From the IMG/VR virus record IMGVR_UViG_3300015360_000025: a stretch of DNA of 64,000 bases; one strand, written 5' to 3'. How positions within the stretch are numbered: position 1 is the stretch's first letter; each line of letters begins with the position of its first letter. Positions 47,408 to 56,805 of the stretch are shown here, piece by piece. The stretch comes from a virus. Both the position numbers and the translations under genes were made by a program. The notes below the pieces were generated by a model. It was not told the origin of the DNA. It was given only the letters and a program-made list of their open reading frames with translations, and ran no database searches.

Positions 47408-47577
47408 ATGAAACACAGAGAAAGCTGATCCTCGAGAGCTGGTCACGGGAGGTCGTGCTCATCTTGGACGATAAGCCGTACCAATGCAAGTGTGGCTGTG
47501 TCTTCCAGATGACCGCGGGCCGGGCAGATCGTGTGCGGTGCGGCAAGTGTAAGGAATTGCTCTTCATAGAGCTTTGA
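47401..47577 (+). CDS. Small Zn-ribbon protein (absent from the ORF track)
   Basis: MLDETQRK...CKCGCVF...RCGKCKE*. Confidence 0.55.
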   Translation: MLDETQRKLILESWSREVVLILDDKPYQCKCGCVFQMTAGRADRVRCGKCKELLFIEL

Positions 47578-47607
47578 TTGTACTTCCTGAAATAGACATG
47601 ATAGATT
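47578..47607 (+). promoter_or_regulatory. Early promoter
   Basis: TTGTAC-N18-TAGATT. Confidence 0.7.
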
Positions 47608-47614
47608 AGTGACT

Positions 47615-48009
47615 ATGGAAAGAAAGTGTAACATCTGCAAATCTCCCTGGCATCAGGATAGCGGACACTACATCTCGGAGACGATGGTGTGGTGCGGGCC
47701 GTGCACAAAGTCGTGGTAAAGGAAGTCTCAGGGATGCAGAAGCGGAGATGGGGAGGTGTCAAGTTTTACGACAACGCCACAGTACCACCTCCAGCCGAGG
47801 AGATGTCGTACAACTTCATGGTAGATGTCTCGACCCCAATCGAAGGGAAGCCTCACTGGTACCAGCACATGACACTGCACGCCATTGGGGTGACCTTTGA
47901 GGAAGCGTATCTAAAGATCGCTGAGCAGATTCCCAAAGGTCATCGTGTGTGGTGTACCACGACCGACGAGTATTGGACTGAACGGAAGGACGGAGACGAC
48001 AAGCCGTGA
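47615..48009 (+). pseudogene. Zn-finger protein with a frameshift near 47722
   Basis: MERKCNIC...WCGPCTKSW* continues as VKEVSGMQKRRWGG in another frame. Confidence 0.5.
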
Positions 48010-48236
48010 ACATGAGAGAATCGTTGGATGAGCTTGCCGAGAAGATGGATACCACCGAGTTTGAGAACAAGGCTCTTCGCTTTCAATGTCTGCAACAGGC
48101 ACAGATGATCACCGCATTGAAGGATGAGATTCACTTCCTCAAGCGCTTCCGTCAATTGGTGGAGCGTGCGGCAGAGATCGTCGGCAACATCCCGAAGATG
48201 AAGGAAGGCATTCTCTTCTTGAATAAAATAGAGTAG
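48006..48236 (+). CDS. Hypothetical coiled-coil protein
   Basis: 76-aa ORF. Confidence 0.55.
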   Translation: MNMRESLDELAEKMDTTEFENKALRFQCLQQAQMITALKDEIHFLKRFRQLVERAAEIVGNIPKMKEGILFLNKIE

Positions 48237-48248
48237 AATCATTCCATA

Positions 48249-48548
48249 ATGCACTACCATCGATCAACCACCTACACGCTACGGTTCATCAGGAACCGGC
48301 AGGTACTCGATGCCGAGATACATCAAAGTCTAGAATCTGTGGGAGAGTCGGCGGTAAATTATGTCATGGCTTTTGGTGCCGAGCGCTCCTACACAGATTT
48401 AGAGATGCTTCTTCTCAGTTGGGATGAAGACGAAGGCCCACTCATCTGGAATGACGATGAGTATGAGATCATAGTAGAGGCGAACCCTGCTCGCCACACG
48501 TGGCATGACAACAATATCTGCAATATCATCCCATTCAAAAGGACTTGA
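48249..48548 (+). CDS. Hypothetical protein
   Basis: 99-aa ORF. Confidence 0.55.
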   Translation: MHYHRSTTYTLRFIRNRQVLDAEIHQSLESVGESAVNYVMAFGAERSYTDLEMLLLSWDEDEGPLIWNDDEYEIIVEANPARHTWHDNNICNIIPFKRT

Positions 48549-48778
48549 ACGTGAGCGCGAGTGACTTCATGAAGCTGGCTACCGACGGTTTTGGACCAGA
48601 GTCCATCATGCGGGTAGACATGGAAACATACCGAGATCTGCGTGAACTCGCGATCCAGCTAGAGGTCGATGCTAAGGGTATGGCGCCAGTCCATAAGGAC
48701 AAACTCTACAACGCGTACGCCGCCTTGATCCAAGCCATGGACGAGGCTTACTCAGACCCAAGCACACAGGTGCCATAA
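48545..48778 (+). CDS. Hypothetical protein
   Basis: 77-aa ORF. Confidence 0.5.
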   Translation: MNVSASDFMKLATDGFGPESIMRVDMETYRDLRELAIQLEVDAKGMAPVHKDKLYNAYAALIQAMDEAYSDPSTQVP

Positions 48779-48844
48779 CCCTCGTTCTCCCGCGCCTGCC
48801 GAGATCTATCTATCTCGCGCAATACCGCGCCAAAGGAGAACGAA

Positions 48845-49252
48845 ATGCGAAAGTCTTTGCTCATCATCTGCACCTCTGTTGCCCTCTGTTTTGGCACCGT
48901 ATCATGTGGTCCCGACCTCACCGACTGCGTCACTTGTACACTGCCCCCACGGGTAGACGAGACGGAGGATAAGAACGATGTTGGTACCTCCGTCGAGGTC
49001 AATGTCATTGTCAACGTGACCGTTGAAATACCTGACGAACAGCCGGTCAATCTTGTCTGTTGCCAGGCTCAGAAGCCGGTCGTTGACGCCGGTTTTCCAG
49101 ACCAAAAGAAGAAGTGCGAGAAGGTCTGTGTCAAGAAGAAGAAGGTCCTGCGCTGTGACGGCAAGGATTACGACAATGAGAAGTCCTGCCGCCACAAGAA
49201 TGACTGCAGGAAGATCTACGTCTGCACCAATCGCGTTGAGCGGTGCAGCTAA
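48845..49252 (+). CDS. Cys/Lys-rich secreted lipoprotein
   Basis: Signal + TVSC lipobox; about 12 Cys; AGGAG RBS. Confidence 0.7.
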   Translation: MRKSLLIICTSVALCFGTVSCGPDLTDCVTCTLPPRVDETEDKNDVGTSVEVNVIVNVTVEIPDEQPVNLVCCQAQKPVVDAGFPDQKKKCEKVCVKKKKVLRCDGKDYDNEKSCRHKNDCRKIYVCTNRVERCS

Positions 49253-49956
49253 TGATCTCCCTTGCTCTCGTGGCGATGCTGGGCGCGTTCGTTCCACCCG
49301 CACCGCTTGACCTTGATACCATCCAGCTGCCGAAAATGTGTGTGGTCAAGTGCAAACCCAAAACTAAGCCGAAGCCAAAGGTTGTGGTCAAACCACCTCC
49401 TCCCGTCGCCCCAGTCTGCTGCGCCGAGAAGCAACAGCAGAAGCAGGAGCAGCAACAACGGGTCATCATCACCATTCTACCGCCGAAGCCGGAGCCACGA
49501 ACTGAGAGTGTTTCGTTTCCGATAGGTCTCGGTGTGAGGGGAGCAGTCGGCATCCATAGTTGCGCACCGTTCGTGTTAGGTCTGGTCGGTGTACGGGCTC
49601 GGTTGCTGCCAGTCCACCTCGGGCTGGAGGCCAACTACGGATTCGGTCGTGGGGTAGGGTTCATGGGACTGATTTATCCTATTCAAGGGCTGCTCGCCTG
49701 GCACCTCGATGCTGGTGTCGTTACACTTTTCCAGACTCCACTTACCTCTGCAGGCGTGGTGCGTGACCTGGACGTAGCGGTTGGCACGGGTCTAGAGCTG
49801 CAGATACTGCCGCACCTCTCCTTGACGGCAGACTACCGCTACACGTTCCCAGACCCAATGGCGCTTACCAGACCGAATGTGGTCGCCGCTAACGTGATGG
49901 GAAATGCACTCCTCAGGTCTCAGCTGTTCCTGGGAGTCATGGTTCACACCTGGTGA
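49252..49956 (+). CDS. Outer-membrane beta-barrel protein with Pro-rich N-terminus
   Basis: Signal peptide, PKPK/PPPP linker, alternating strands GLEANYG, AVGTGLEL, LSLTADYR, C-terminal W. Confidence 0.6.
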   Translation: MISLALVAMLGAFVPPAPLDLDTIQLPKMCVVKCKPKTKPKPKVVVKPPPPVAPVCCAEKQQQKQEQQQRVIITILPPKPEPRTESVSFPIGLGVRGAVGIHSCAPFVLGLVGVRARLLPVHLGLEANYGFGRGVGFMGLIYPIQGLLAWHLDAGVVTLFQTPLTSAGVVRDLDVAVGTGLELQILPHLSLTADYRYTFPDPMALTRPNVVAANVMGNALLRSQLFLGVMVHTW

Positions 49957-49982
49957 CATCTTGTAGGTGACTGTGGTATAAT
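49953..49982 (+). promoter_or_regulatory. Early promoter
   Basis: GTGACA-N18-TATAAT with TG extension. Confidence 0.65.
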
Positions 49983-50017
49983 GGATACTTCAGCCACAGC
50001 ATGACTAGGAGCAACAC

Positions 50018-50221
50018 ATGGGCGATGAAGTCAAGAAGGAAGAGCAGAAGAAGTTGACCATGAAGGAAGCGAAGCCGGCCGAGTACAAGCTGCTGAAGCT
50101 GGCTCGACGGCAGCGGCGGCATTCACGGATCACCAGTCTGAAGAAGCTCGGGTTCAAACCGAACCACAAGCTGACGAAGGACAAGAAGACTGGGGCATCT
50201 CTCAAAGAAATCGTGACCTGA
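50018..50221 (+). CDS. Small basic hypothetical protein
   Basis: AGGAG RBS. Confidence 0.6.
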   Translation: MGDEVKKEEQKKLTMKEAKPAEYKLLKLARRQRRHSRITSLKKLGFKPNHKLTKDKKTGASLKEIVT

Positions 50222-50478
50222 TGGATAGCTGGTACTCGGAGCTTGAGCTTCCGCCGCTTCCAGCAGATTTGGAGATGGCACATCGAGAGCTCCGCTACTG
50301 GCAGAAGCAAGTAGGCATCGCCCGGCAGCAGGTAGCCAAGACTGCCGAGCGTCGTGCCCAGGACAATCGGGCTCACAAGGGTGAGGTCAGTAAGATGATG
50401 GGTCAGATACTCCAGTTGCATGGGGAGATCACTAACCTCAACCTGAAGCTGAAGGATATCGAAGATGGAAAAGCCTAA
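50221..50478 (+). CDS. Coiled-coil hypothetical protein
   Basis: 85-aa coupled ORF. Confidence 0.55.
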   Translation: MDSWYSELELPPLPADLEMAHRELRYWQKQVGIARQQVAKTAERRAQDNRAHKGEVSKMMGQILQLHGEITNLNLKLKDIEDGKA

Positions 50479-51040
50479 CATCACGTTCGTAGAGTTTCCC
50501 AAGATCTCCCGGTGGTCCCGGGACGTGATCGTCACGGAGAAGATCGACGGCACTAATGCTCAGGTCTACATCGATGACCTCTGTACCAGCATTCACGCCG
50601 GGTCCCGAAACAGGTGGATCAGTACTGAGGACGACAACGCCGGCTTCGCCAAGTGGGTGGAAGCCAACCGTGAAGAGCTCCTGAAGCTCGGGCCAGGTAG
50701 TCATTTCGGCGAGTGGTGGGGGCAGGGGATCCAGCGGAACTACTGGCTCAAGGAGAAACGGTTTTCCCTGTTCAACGTCCACCGCTGGGACGTGCCGACC
50801 AGACCCGCGTGCTGTGGCGTGGTGCCGACCCTCTTCAAGGGGAACATGAACGACCTTGTCAAGGAAGCTTATCCGGATGCTACTGGGATCGAAGTCATCA
50901 TGTCGATCCTAGAACGAGATGGATCGATCGCGGCTCCTGGGTTCATGAAGCCCGAGGGGATCGTCATCTTCTGCACGGCAGGTGGGCAGCTCTTCAAGAA
51001 GACCATCGACAAGGACGAATCACCGAAATCCAAGGTGTGA
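50465..51040 (+). CDS. RNA ligase (minimal Rnl2-like)
   Basis: FPKI, TEKIDGTN, GSRNR, FGEW, FSLFN, VPTL, PEGIV. Confidence 0.88.
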   Translation: MEKPNITFVEFPKISRWSRDVIVTEKIDGTNAQVYIDDLCTSIHAGSRNRWISTEDDNAGFAKWVEANREELLKLGPGSHFGEWWGQGIQRNYWLKEKRFSLFNVHRWDVPTRPACCGVVPTLFKGNMNDLVKEAYPDATGIEVIMSILERDGSIAAPGFMKPEGIVIFCTAGGQLFKKTIDKDESPKSKV

Positions 51041-51041
51041 T

Positions 51042-52082
51042 ATGTTCCTCGAGCCGCCCCAACCAAGAGTGAGGTACCCACTCCTGACCAGGGACGCGTT
51101 CCGGAATGCGGTGTTAGGACGTGACCGACGCTGCTGTGTAGTCTGCGGCTCTGCGGCGCAAGATGCTCGCCACATCCTTGAGCGCCGTCTCTGGCCGGAT
51201 GGTGGTTACTATCTTGACAACGGCGCAAGTCTCTGCGGCGACCACCACATGCAGGCGGAGCAGACCACCCTGAGCTGTCAGGTCCTGCGGGAGGCGATCG
51301 GCATCGGGCCACCGCTCCTCCCGCCGCACCTCTACCGAGACCAGGACTACGACAAGTGGGGCAACCCCATCATGCCGAACGGGACAAGACTGAAGGGCGA
51401 TCTTTTCCACGATGAATCCGCACAGAAGGCTCTGGCTTCAGTGCTCTCTCTCTTCACAGACCATGTGAAGTATCCTCGGACGTACCACCTGCCGACTAGT
51501 CCGGGGTGTACCTCGGACGACAGGATGATGCCAGACGACTCGGTCTTCGAGGCGAAGAATGTCATCGTCACCCTGAAGATGGACGGCGAGAACACTACGA
51601 TGTACCGCGACTACGTCCACGCTCGGTCACTGGTCTTCGAGCCACACCCATCTCGGAACTGGGTCAAGGTGATCCACTCCAAAATTGCCCACGAGATCCC
51701 GGTCGGCTGGAGGATCTGTGGGGAGAATTTGACCGCCGTCCACAGCATCGAGTACAAGGCTTTGCCTGGGTACTTCCAGATGTTCAGTATCTGGAATGAG
51801 AAGAACGTCTGCCTATCTTGGACAGAGACCGTGGAGTGGGCGGAGCTTCTGGAATTACCACTCGTCCCGGTGCTGCTCAACGGGGTCTACGACAGCGTCT
51901 CCATCGCCGATTGCTTCAGATACTTTCAGAAGGACCACGAAGGGTTCGTCGTTCGCCTGGCTGAGTCCTTCCCCTACTCAGCCTTCCGTCACTCCGTTGG
52001 CAAGTACGTACGTCGAGGCCATGTCCAAACCCACGGCCATTGGATGCGGGAGCAGGTACGGTTCAATGGGCTCAAGACATGA
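51042..52082 (+). CDS. HNH-like domain + RNA ligase fusion
   Basis: CVVC...DARHILER...NGASLC..HH; KYPRT.H, KMDGEN, CGEN, FSIW, HEGFVVR, KYVR. Confidence 0.85.
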   Translation: MFLEPPQPRVRYPLLTRDAFRNAVLGRDRRCCVVCGSAAQDARHILERRLWPDGGYYLDNGASLCGDHHMQAEQTTLSCQVLREAIGIGPPLLPPHLYRDQDYDKWGNPIMPNGTRLKGDLFHDESAQKALASVLSLFTDHVKYPRTYHLPTSPGCTSDDRMMPDDSVFEAKNVIVTLKMDGENTTMYRDYVHARSLVFEPHPSRNWVKVIHSKIAHEIPVGWRICGENLTAVHSIEYKALPGYFQMFSIWNEKNVCLSWTETVEWAELLELPLVPVLLNGVYDSVSIADCFRYFQKDHEGFVVRLAESFPYSAFRHSVGKYVRRGHVQTHGHWMREQVRFNGLKT

Positions 52083-52225
52083 TTAGAGATCTCTACCAGA
52101 AGTTCCTAGTGGCGATCACGATGACCGATCAAGGCACCGCAATACCCGGCCCGAGTTGAACCGGCTTCGGGTCACAAGCCTAATGGGTCCAGGACGTGAG
52201 GCAAGTGTTGACCGTCCACTTTCCA

Positions 52226-52255
52226 CTTTACTCCTCGAATTAGAAGTGGTATAAT
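52226..52255 (+). promoter_or_regulatory. Early promoter with palindromic spacer
   Basis: CTTTAC-N18-TATAAT; ACTCCT-N6-AGAAGT. Confidence 0.7.
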
Positions 52256-52261
52256 AGCTTC

Positions 52262-53725
52262 ATGATCGACTCCACAATGGTGCCATCCCAGCAGCAGTTG
52301 GTCATCTTCGAGGAGTTCAGGACCGGGAAACGGAACGTGGTGGTCCGCGCCCGAGCCGGTTGCGCCAAGACCACCTCGATCATCCGGGGCATCGACTTCG
52401 CCCCAGAGACGAGCATCCTTCTGGCCGCCTTTGGCAAATCGATCGCGGAAGAGCTGAGGAAAAAGATCAAGAACTCCAAGGCGGAGGCCAAGACACTCCA
52501 CTCTGTGGGCGCCAGTATCGTCTACGGGAACTGGGCAGGCTGCAAGCTGGATGGGGAGCGGGGGATGAAGCTGGCCAAAAAGGCCTGTGGTGCCGCCCCA
52601 GACCAGTTTGTTAACCTCGTGTGCCGGTTGGCCGCCTTGGGCAAAGGCATGTGCCCCTTCCCGAAGGAAGGGGAGCTCGAGGATATTGCCTACGAGTTTG
52701 AGATCGTGCCGGATGAATCTCAGCAGACTCAGGGATGGACGATGCAGGTCCTCTCCACTGCGGCAGAACTGGCCATGGAGCTTGCCGCCCAGCCAGACGG
52801 GACCATCGACTTCGACGACATGATCTACGTGCCGGTGCGGAACAGCTGGCTCCGTGGCAAGTACGGCCTTGTCGTGATCGACGAGTGCCAGGACATGAAC
52901 GCTGCCCAGATCATGCTGGCCATCGGAGTTTGCAAGATGGGTGGACGGATCGTCGTGGTCGGCGACGACCGCCAGGCGATCTACAAGTTCCGCGGTGCGG
53001 ACAGCGGGAGCCTGGACCGGCTCAAGACCCAGCTCAACGCCATCGAGCTCAGCTTGACCATCACCTACCGCTGCCCCACGGTGATCGTAGACCTGGCCAA
53101 GGTGCTCGTCCCTGACTTCCAGGCAGCACCTACGGCCCCGAAGGGCGAGATCATCACCATCGACTTCGAGCGCCTCCACGAGCTGGCCGTCCCCGGAGAC
53201 TTCGTCCTCAGCCGGAAGAACGCGCCACTCGCCAAGTGCTGCCTTAGGCTGCTCCGACACGGGAAGCGTGCCATGATCGAAGGGAAGGACCTCGGCAAGG
53301 CGCTCGTGGCCGTCGTGAAGAACCTCCGAGCACGATCCATCCCAGACTTCATGGAGAAGCTGACCATCTGGGAAGACCGTACCACCAAGCGCCTCATGGC
53401 CACCAAGAAGAAGGCTGCCGAAGCGCGGTGTGAGGTGGTGAAAGACCAGGCCGAGACCCTTCGGGCGTTGGCCGAGGGCATGAAGGGGATGCAGGAACTG
53501 ACCGACCGCATCTTCACGCTCTTCACGGAGACGCCGAATGGCAAGGCGGACTACGTAGTGTGCAGCTCCGTCCACAAGGCGAAGGGCCGAGAGCGTGACA
53601 ACGTCTACGCCCTGAGGGAGACACTCTATCCGGGTGGACGGCGAGACCTGGAAGAGCAGAACATCGAGTACGTCATGATCACCAGAGCCAAGAAAAAACT
53701 TGTCTGGGTGGAGGGAATTCAATGA
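52262..53725 (+). CDS. SF1 UvrD/Rep-like helicase
   Basis: AGCAKTT (atypical Walker A), IDECQD, VGDDRQAIYKFRGA, VHKAKGRE, YV.ITRAK. Confidence 0.9.
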   Translation: MIDSTMVPSQQQLVIFEEFRTGKRNVVVRARAGCAKTTSIIRGIDFAPETSILLAAFGKSIAEELRKKIKNSKAEAKTLHSVGASIVYGNWAGCKLDGERGMKLAKKACGAAPDQFVNLVCRLAALGKGMCPFPKEGELEDIAYEFEIVPDESQQTQGWTMQVLSTAAELAMELAAQPDGTIDFDDMIYVPVRNSWLRGKYGLVVIDECQDMNAAQIMLAIGVCKMGGRIVVVGDDRQAIYKFRGADSGSLDRLKTQLNAIELSLTITYRCPTVIVDLAKVLVPDFQAAPTAPKGEIITIDFERLHELAVPGDFVLSRKNAPLAKCCLRLLRHGKRAMIEGKDLGKALVAVVKNLRARSIPDFMEKLTIWEDRTTKRLMATKKKAAEARCEVVKDQAETLRALAEGMKGMQELTDRIFTLFTETPNGKADYVVCSSVHKAKGRERDNVYALRETLYPGGRRDLEEQNIEYVMITRAKKKLVWVEGIQ

Positions 53726-54171
53726 ACAAGATAATCTTTTTGGACTTCGACGGAGTCTTGAACTGCAACACGACCAAGGATCTCGTCACCTTCCCGCCAT
53801 GGGGAGCAATCTTCCGTGGCCTTGACGACGACAAAGTTCAACTTGTCTCCAAGCTAGCGGAGGTGACTGGTGCCAAGGTTGTTATTAGCTCCACGTGGCG
53901 GCTACATTTCAGCATCGCCGAGTTGAAGGATATCCTCGCTAAGCGCGGATTCACCGCTGATGTCGTGGGGGAGACTCCACACAGTCATAAGGAGCGTGGT
54001 GACGAGATCCAAGACTGGATAGAGGAGAACGGAAAGCCTGAGGCCTTTGTGGTGCTGGACGACATCAAGACCAAATTCGTGGCGAAGGGTGTGCAGTGCC
54101 GTAGCAACGACATTGATGGTTTTACACAAAAGCTGTTTGAAAAAGGTGTCCAGATTTTGGGGGAGAAGTAA
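53722..54171 (+). CDS. HAD phosphatase (HAD_SAK_2, RNA-repair-associated)
   Basis: FLDFDGVLN, ISSTWR, RGDEI..W, VVLDD. Confidence 0.85.
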   Translation: MNKIIFLDFDGVLNCNTTKDLVTFPPWGAIFRGLDDDKVQLVSKLAEVTGAKVVISSTWRLHFSIAELKDILAKRGFTADVVGETPHSHKERGDEIQDWIEENGKPEAFVVLDDIKTKFVAKGVQCRSNDIDGFTQKLFEKGVQILGEK

Positions 54172-54464
54172 TGATCGTCGTCAAGGTCGAACTGGTACCG
54201 CACGGCATCGGTACACAGATCGAGCTCGGTCGGATGGTTATCGCCAACGACGCGACACGAGACAATGGTCCGCTCGTGGACTATGTCGTTAAGCTTGGGC
54301 GGAAGGGACAGGCAAACAGCAATGCCGTATACAGAAAGCCACAACGTTTCGGTGTAATCAAGGAACACAAACGTCTGGCACTTTCAGTCTGGGTGCTGGT
54401 GGCCAAGGCATTAGCTTCCGTGGGTTTCAATCCGGTGAGCAAGGTGATAGAATCTTCTCAATGA
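54171..54464 (+). CDS. Hypothetical protein
   Basis: 97-aa coupled ORF. Confidence 0.65.
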   Translation: MIVVKVELVPHGIGTQIELGRMVIANDATRDNGPLVDYVVKLGRKGQANSNAVYRKPQRFGVIKEHKRLALSVWVLVAKALASVGFNPVSKVIESSQ

Positions 54465-55048
54465 AAGACGTGAAACGTTTCTGGACAAGCGACACTCATT
54501 TTTACCACGCAAACGTTGTCATATACTGTAAGCGTCCATTCACTGACCCACTGCGCTACGTAACCAACCGCGACGGCATAATGGTGCCAAAGCCTGATGT
54601 CGAGATGATGAACCGGGTCATGATCGAGCGGTGGAATTCCGTAGTCGGACCACGTGATCACGTCTACCATCTTGGTGATTTCGCCATGGGGCCAAAGAAT
54701 CTGCTCGCCCCGACCATCAAGAAACTAAATGGCTACAAGTTCTTGGTTAAAGGTAACCACGATCGGAGCGCCACGGCGATGCATGAGGCGGGCTTCGACG
54801 AGGTCTACGAGAACATCCGGTGCGAGATCATGGGAGTCGACCTCTATATGCACCACCAACCAGAGCCTCGGGCCAAGTGGAGCGGGGCGGAGATCATGCT
54901 CTGCGGCCATGTCCACGAGAAGTGGCGGCGGAAGGGGGACATGATCAACGTCGGCGTGGACCAGTGGGACTTCACACCGCGTACTCTTCAGGAACTGATG
55001 GCGGCAGAAAAGCAGGGGGACTGGCTGACGCCAGAGGAAATGACATGA
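54461..55048 (+). CDS. Calcineurin-like phosphoesterase
   Basis: SDTHFYH, HLGDF, GNHD, GHVH, INVGVD. Confidence 0.9.
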   Translation: MKDVKRFWTSDTHFYHANVVIYCKRPFTDPLRYVTNRDGIMVPKPDVEMMNRVMIERWNSVVGPRDHVYHLGDFAMGPKNLLAPTIKKLNGYKFLVKGNHDRSATAMHEAGFDEVYENIRCEIMGVDLYMHHQPEPRAKWSGAEIMLCGHVHEKWRRKGDMINVGVDQWDFTPRTLQELMAAEKQGDWLTPEEMT

Positions 55049-55194
55049 AGTTTCACTACGAGTTGGAGAAGAAAGACGTCGTCGCTGGCAAGACGGTCCA
55101 AGATGAAAAGGGAAACGACCTGATGATAGGTTATCTTGCCTTGCACGGTGACAGAAGCTTAAGGATGATTACCTGCCTGGAGGGAAGGTCTTGA
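55045..55194 (+). CDS. Small hypothetical protein
   Basis: ATG 55045 coupled; 49 aa. Confidence 0.45.
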   Translation: MKFHYELEKKDVVAGKTVQDEKGNDLMIGYLALHGDRSLRMITCLEGRS

Positions 55195-55241
55195 GTTTGC
55201 TACAGTACCGCCAGAGCTTTTACATTTATTAGATTTGAGTT

Positions 55242-55271
55242 TTGTACTTCTGGAGTTAGAAGTGATAGAAT
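55242..55271 (+). promoter_or_regulatory. Early promoter with perfect palindromic spacer
   Basis: TTGTAC-N18-TAGAAT; ACTTCT-GGAGTT-AGAAGT. Confidence 0.8.
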
Positions 55272-55277
55272 GGATTC

Positions 55278-55550
55278 ATGATCGACCAATTCAAACCGTC
55301 CTCCGTCATAGGCATCGCCATCGAATTGAAGGTCCAGGACCAGACCGCCTTCATTACCAGTATGATGTATTCTGACTCGAGGATCAAGCTTGACCGAACC
55401 CGGGTCGCTGATCTTCTTCGAGAAGAAGGATCGTTCGAGAACATGGAAGACATCGAGTTGTTCTGCTTGGGCGGAGGCAATGGTGAAACTCCAACTGATC
55501 TTGTCTCCGCCCACCCGAAGCTGAGCGACTACATCGGGTCATTCTTCTAA
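55278..55550 (+). CDS. Hypothetical protein
   Basis: Directly after promoter. Confidence 0.65.
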   Translation: MIDQFKPSSVIGIAIELKVQDQTAFITSMMYSDSRIKLDRTRVADLLREEGSFENMEDIELFCLGGGNGETPTDLVSAHPKLSDYIGSFF

Positions 55551-55574
55551 GTCTAGAATTCGCGGAGGCCTAAC

Positions 55575-55801
55575 ATGAAAGAAGCACGGATCACGATAAA
55601 TGGCGTAGTCTTAGACCTCGCCCAAAGTACTACCCTCAGTGTAGCCATCGGCAGTCTCCAGATGGAGATGCAGGATCCATATGCTCTAGGGACAGACGAG
55701 ACGGGGCGATAACTGCTAGCTACAGAGCAAGACTCATGGAGATCTCGATCCTGTTACACAAGAAGAGCGGCTTCGAGCCCGATGGCAACCCCACATTCTG
55801 A
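55575..55801 (+). pseudogene. Frameshifted small phage protein
   Basis: MKEARITINGVVL...LGTDETGR* continues as TASYRARLMEI in another frame. Confidence 0.55.
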
Positions 55802-55940
55802 CTGTAAGAGCCTTCAGTCCTGATACCAGCCCCAGAGGGGATCCCCCAGGGACAAACCTCCGCGCGCGCGTAGTACGCCGGCAAGAAAGGGGCCTCTAAG
55901 TTTAGAATTTAGCAAGTATGCGTTCTATCGCTTTGCCGTC

Positions 55941-55978
55941 TACCACCCTTTACCACATCGTACCACAGTTTACCCCAG
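55941..55978 (+). repeat. 10-bp periodic TACCAC array (4 units)
   Basis: TACCAC at 55941, 55951, 55961; TACCCC at 55971. Confidence 0.75.
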
Positions 55979-55997
55979 ATTGGAAGGACTATTGGGG

Positions 55998-56027
55998 GTG
56001 TACGTCTCGCAACCACCATGATATTAT
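55998..56027 (+). promoter_or_regulatory. Early promoter
   Basis: GTGTAC-N18-TATTAT with TG extension. Confidence 0.65.
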
Positions 56028-56033
56028 AGCTAA

Positions 56034-56414
56034 ATGGACAGATCAGACCGACGCTCCCCCCGCAGCAAAGATGTAGGATTCACCAAGCCAGACCGGCCGC
56101 TCTCGGCCAGACCCATGGCTGGGGCCTTCAAGATGGTACGGAACGGGCCCTCCTGTCTGGTCTGCCAGAGGACCATCGATGCCCGGAACGGACTCTCCCT
56201 CTCCAACCCCAGAGGCGCGCGCGGAGCTCAGCGACAGGGCTTCCTCCACTCGGACTGCCAGACCGAGGAGGGGAAGAAGTTCTACGAGGAGTCCGTGCAG
56301 ACCATGCCGAACGGTCGGAAGCTCGTGACCGTGGTGCGGAATCTCTCCCTAGCTGTGCCGATGTACAGTGAAGAGGAGATCGACGAGGCGCTGTTGAAGG
56401 GTGCGGAGTCGTGA
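56034..56414 (+). CDS. Hypothetical protein (CxxC...HxxC)
   Basis: After promoter; CLVC...HSDC. Confidence 0.65.
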   Translation: MDRSDRRSPRSKDVGFTKPDRPLSARPMAGAFKMVRNGPSCLVCQRTIDARNGLSLSNPRGARGAQRQGFLHSDCQTEEGKKFYEESVQTMPNGRKLVTVVRNLSLAVPMYSEEEIDEALLKGAES

Positions 56415-56523
56415 AGGGGATCCTCGGGACAGGGTTCCCGTTCGGTATCTGATCACCTGACGGTGCTGGTGATCAAAGCATTGCTGAAGTACATCAACTC
56501 TTGACGAAGACGTAGAGGGGAAC

Positions 56524-56805
56524 ATGAGCTACTACCCAAAGAAGGGGATGCACCTGACGAAAGAGAAGGTCTCCGTCTTCGATCGACCAGGTCTTCCTCA
56601 GAACGACATCACGAAGAGGTGGTGGAAGGGCGAGGTGGTTCGGAAGGCCATGAATTCGAAGGGTGAGGTCGTCCGGAAGAACAAACAGGAGGCGGAGGTC
56701 TTCGCACGGGAAGGCGACGTGGCAGGGATGCTCTGCCGGCGGTGCCCGGACCCAGGGATGGGGGAAGGCGACGTACAGATGAACGTCTATTTCGAGCCTC
56801 TGTGA
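56524..56805 (+). CDS. Hypothetical protein
   Basis: GAGGGG RBS; 93 aa. Confidence 0.6.
   Translation: MSYYPKKGMHLTKEKVSVFDRPGLPQNDITKRWWKGEVVRKAMNSKGEVVRKNKQEAEVFAREGDVAGMLCRRCPDPGMGEGDVQMNVYFEPL

Noticed and set aside
48845-49956. Spanin pair
   Set aside because: The second gene looks like a beta-barrel rather than an inner-membrane coiled coil, and no endolysin is adjacent
52172-53722. 516-aa minus-strand ORF
   Set aside because: Antisense shadow of the SF1 helicase, caused by codon bias
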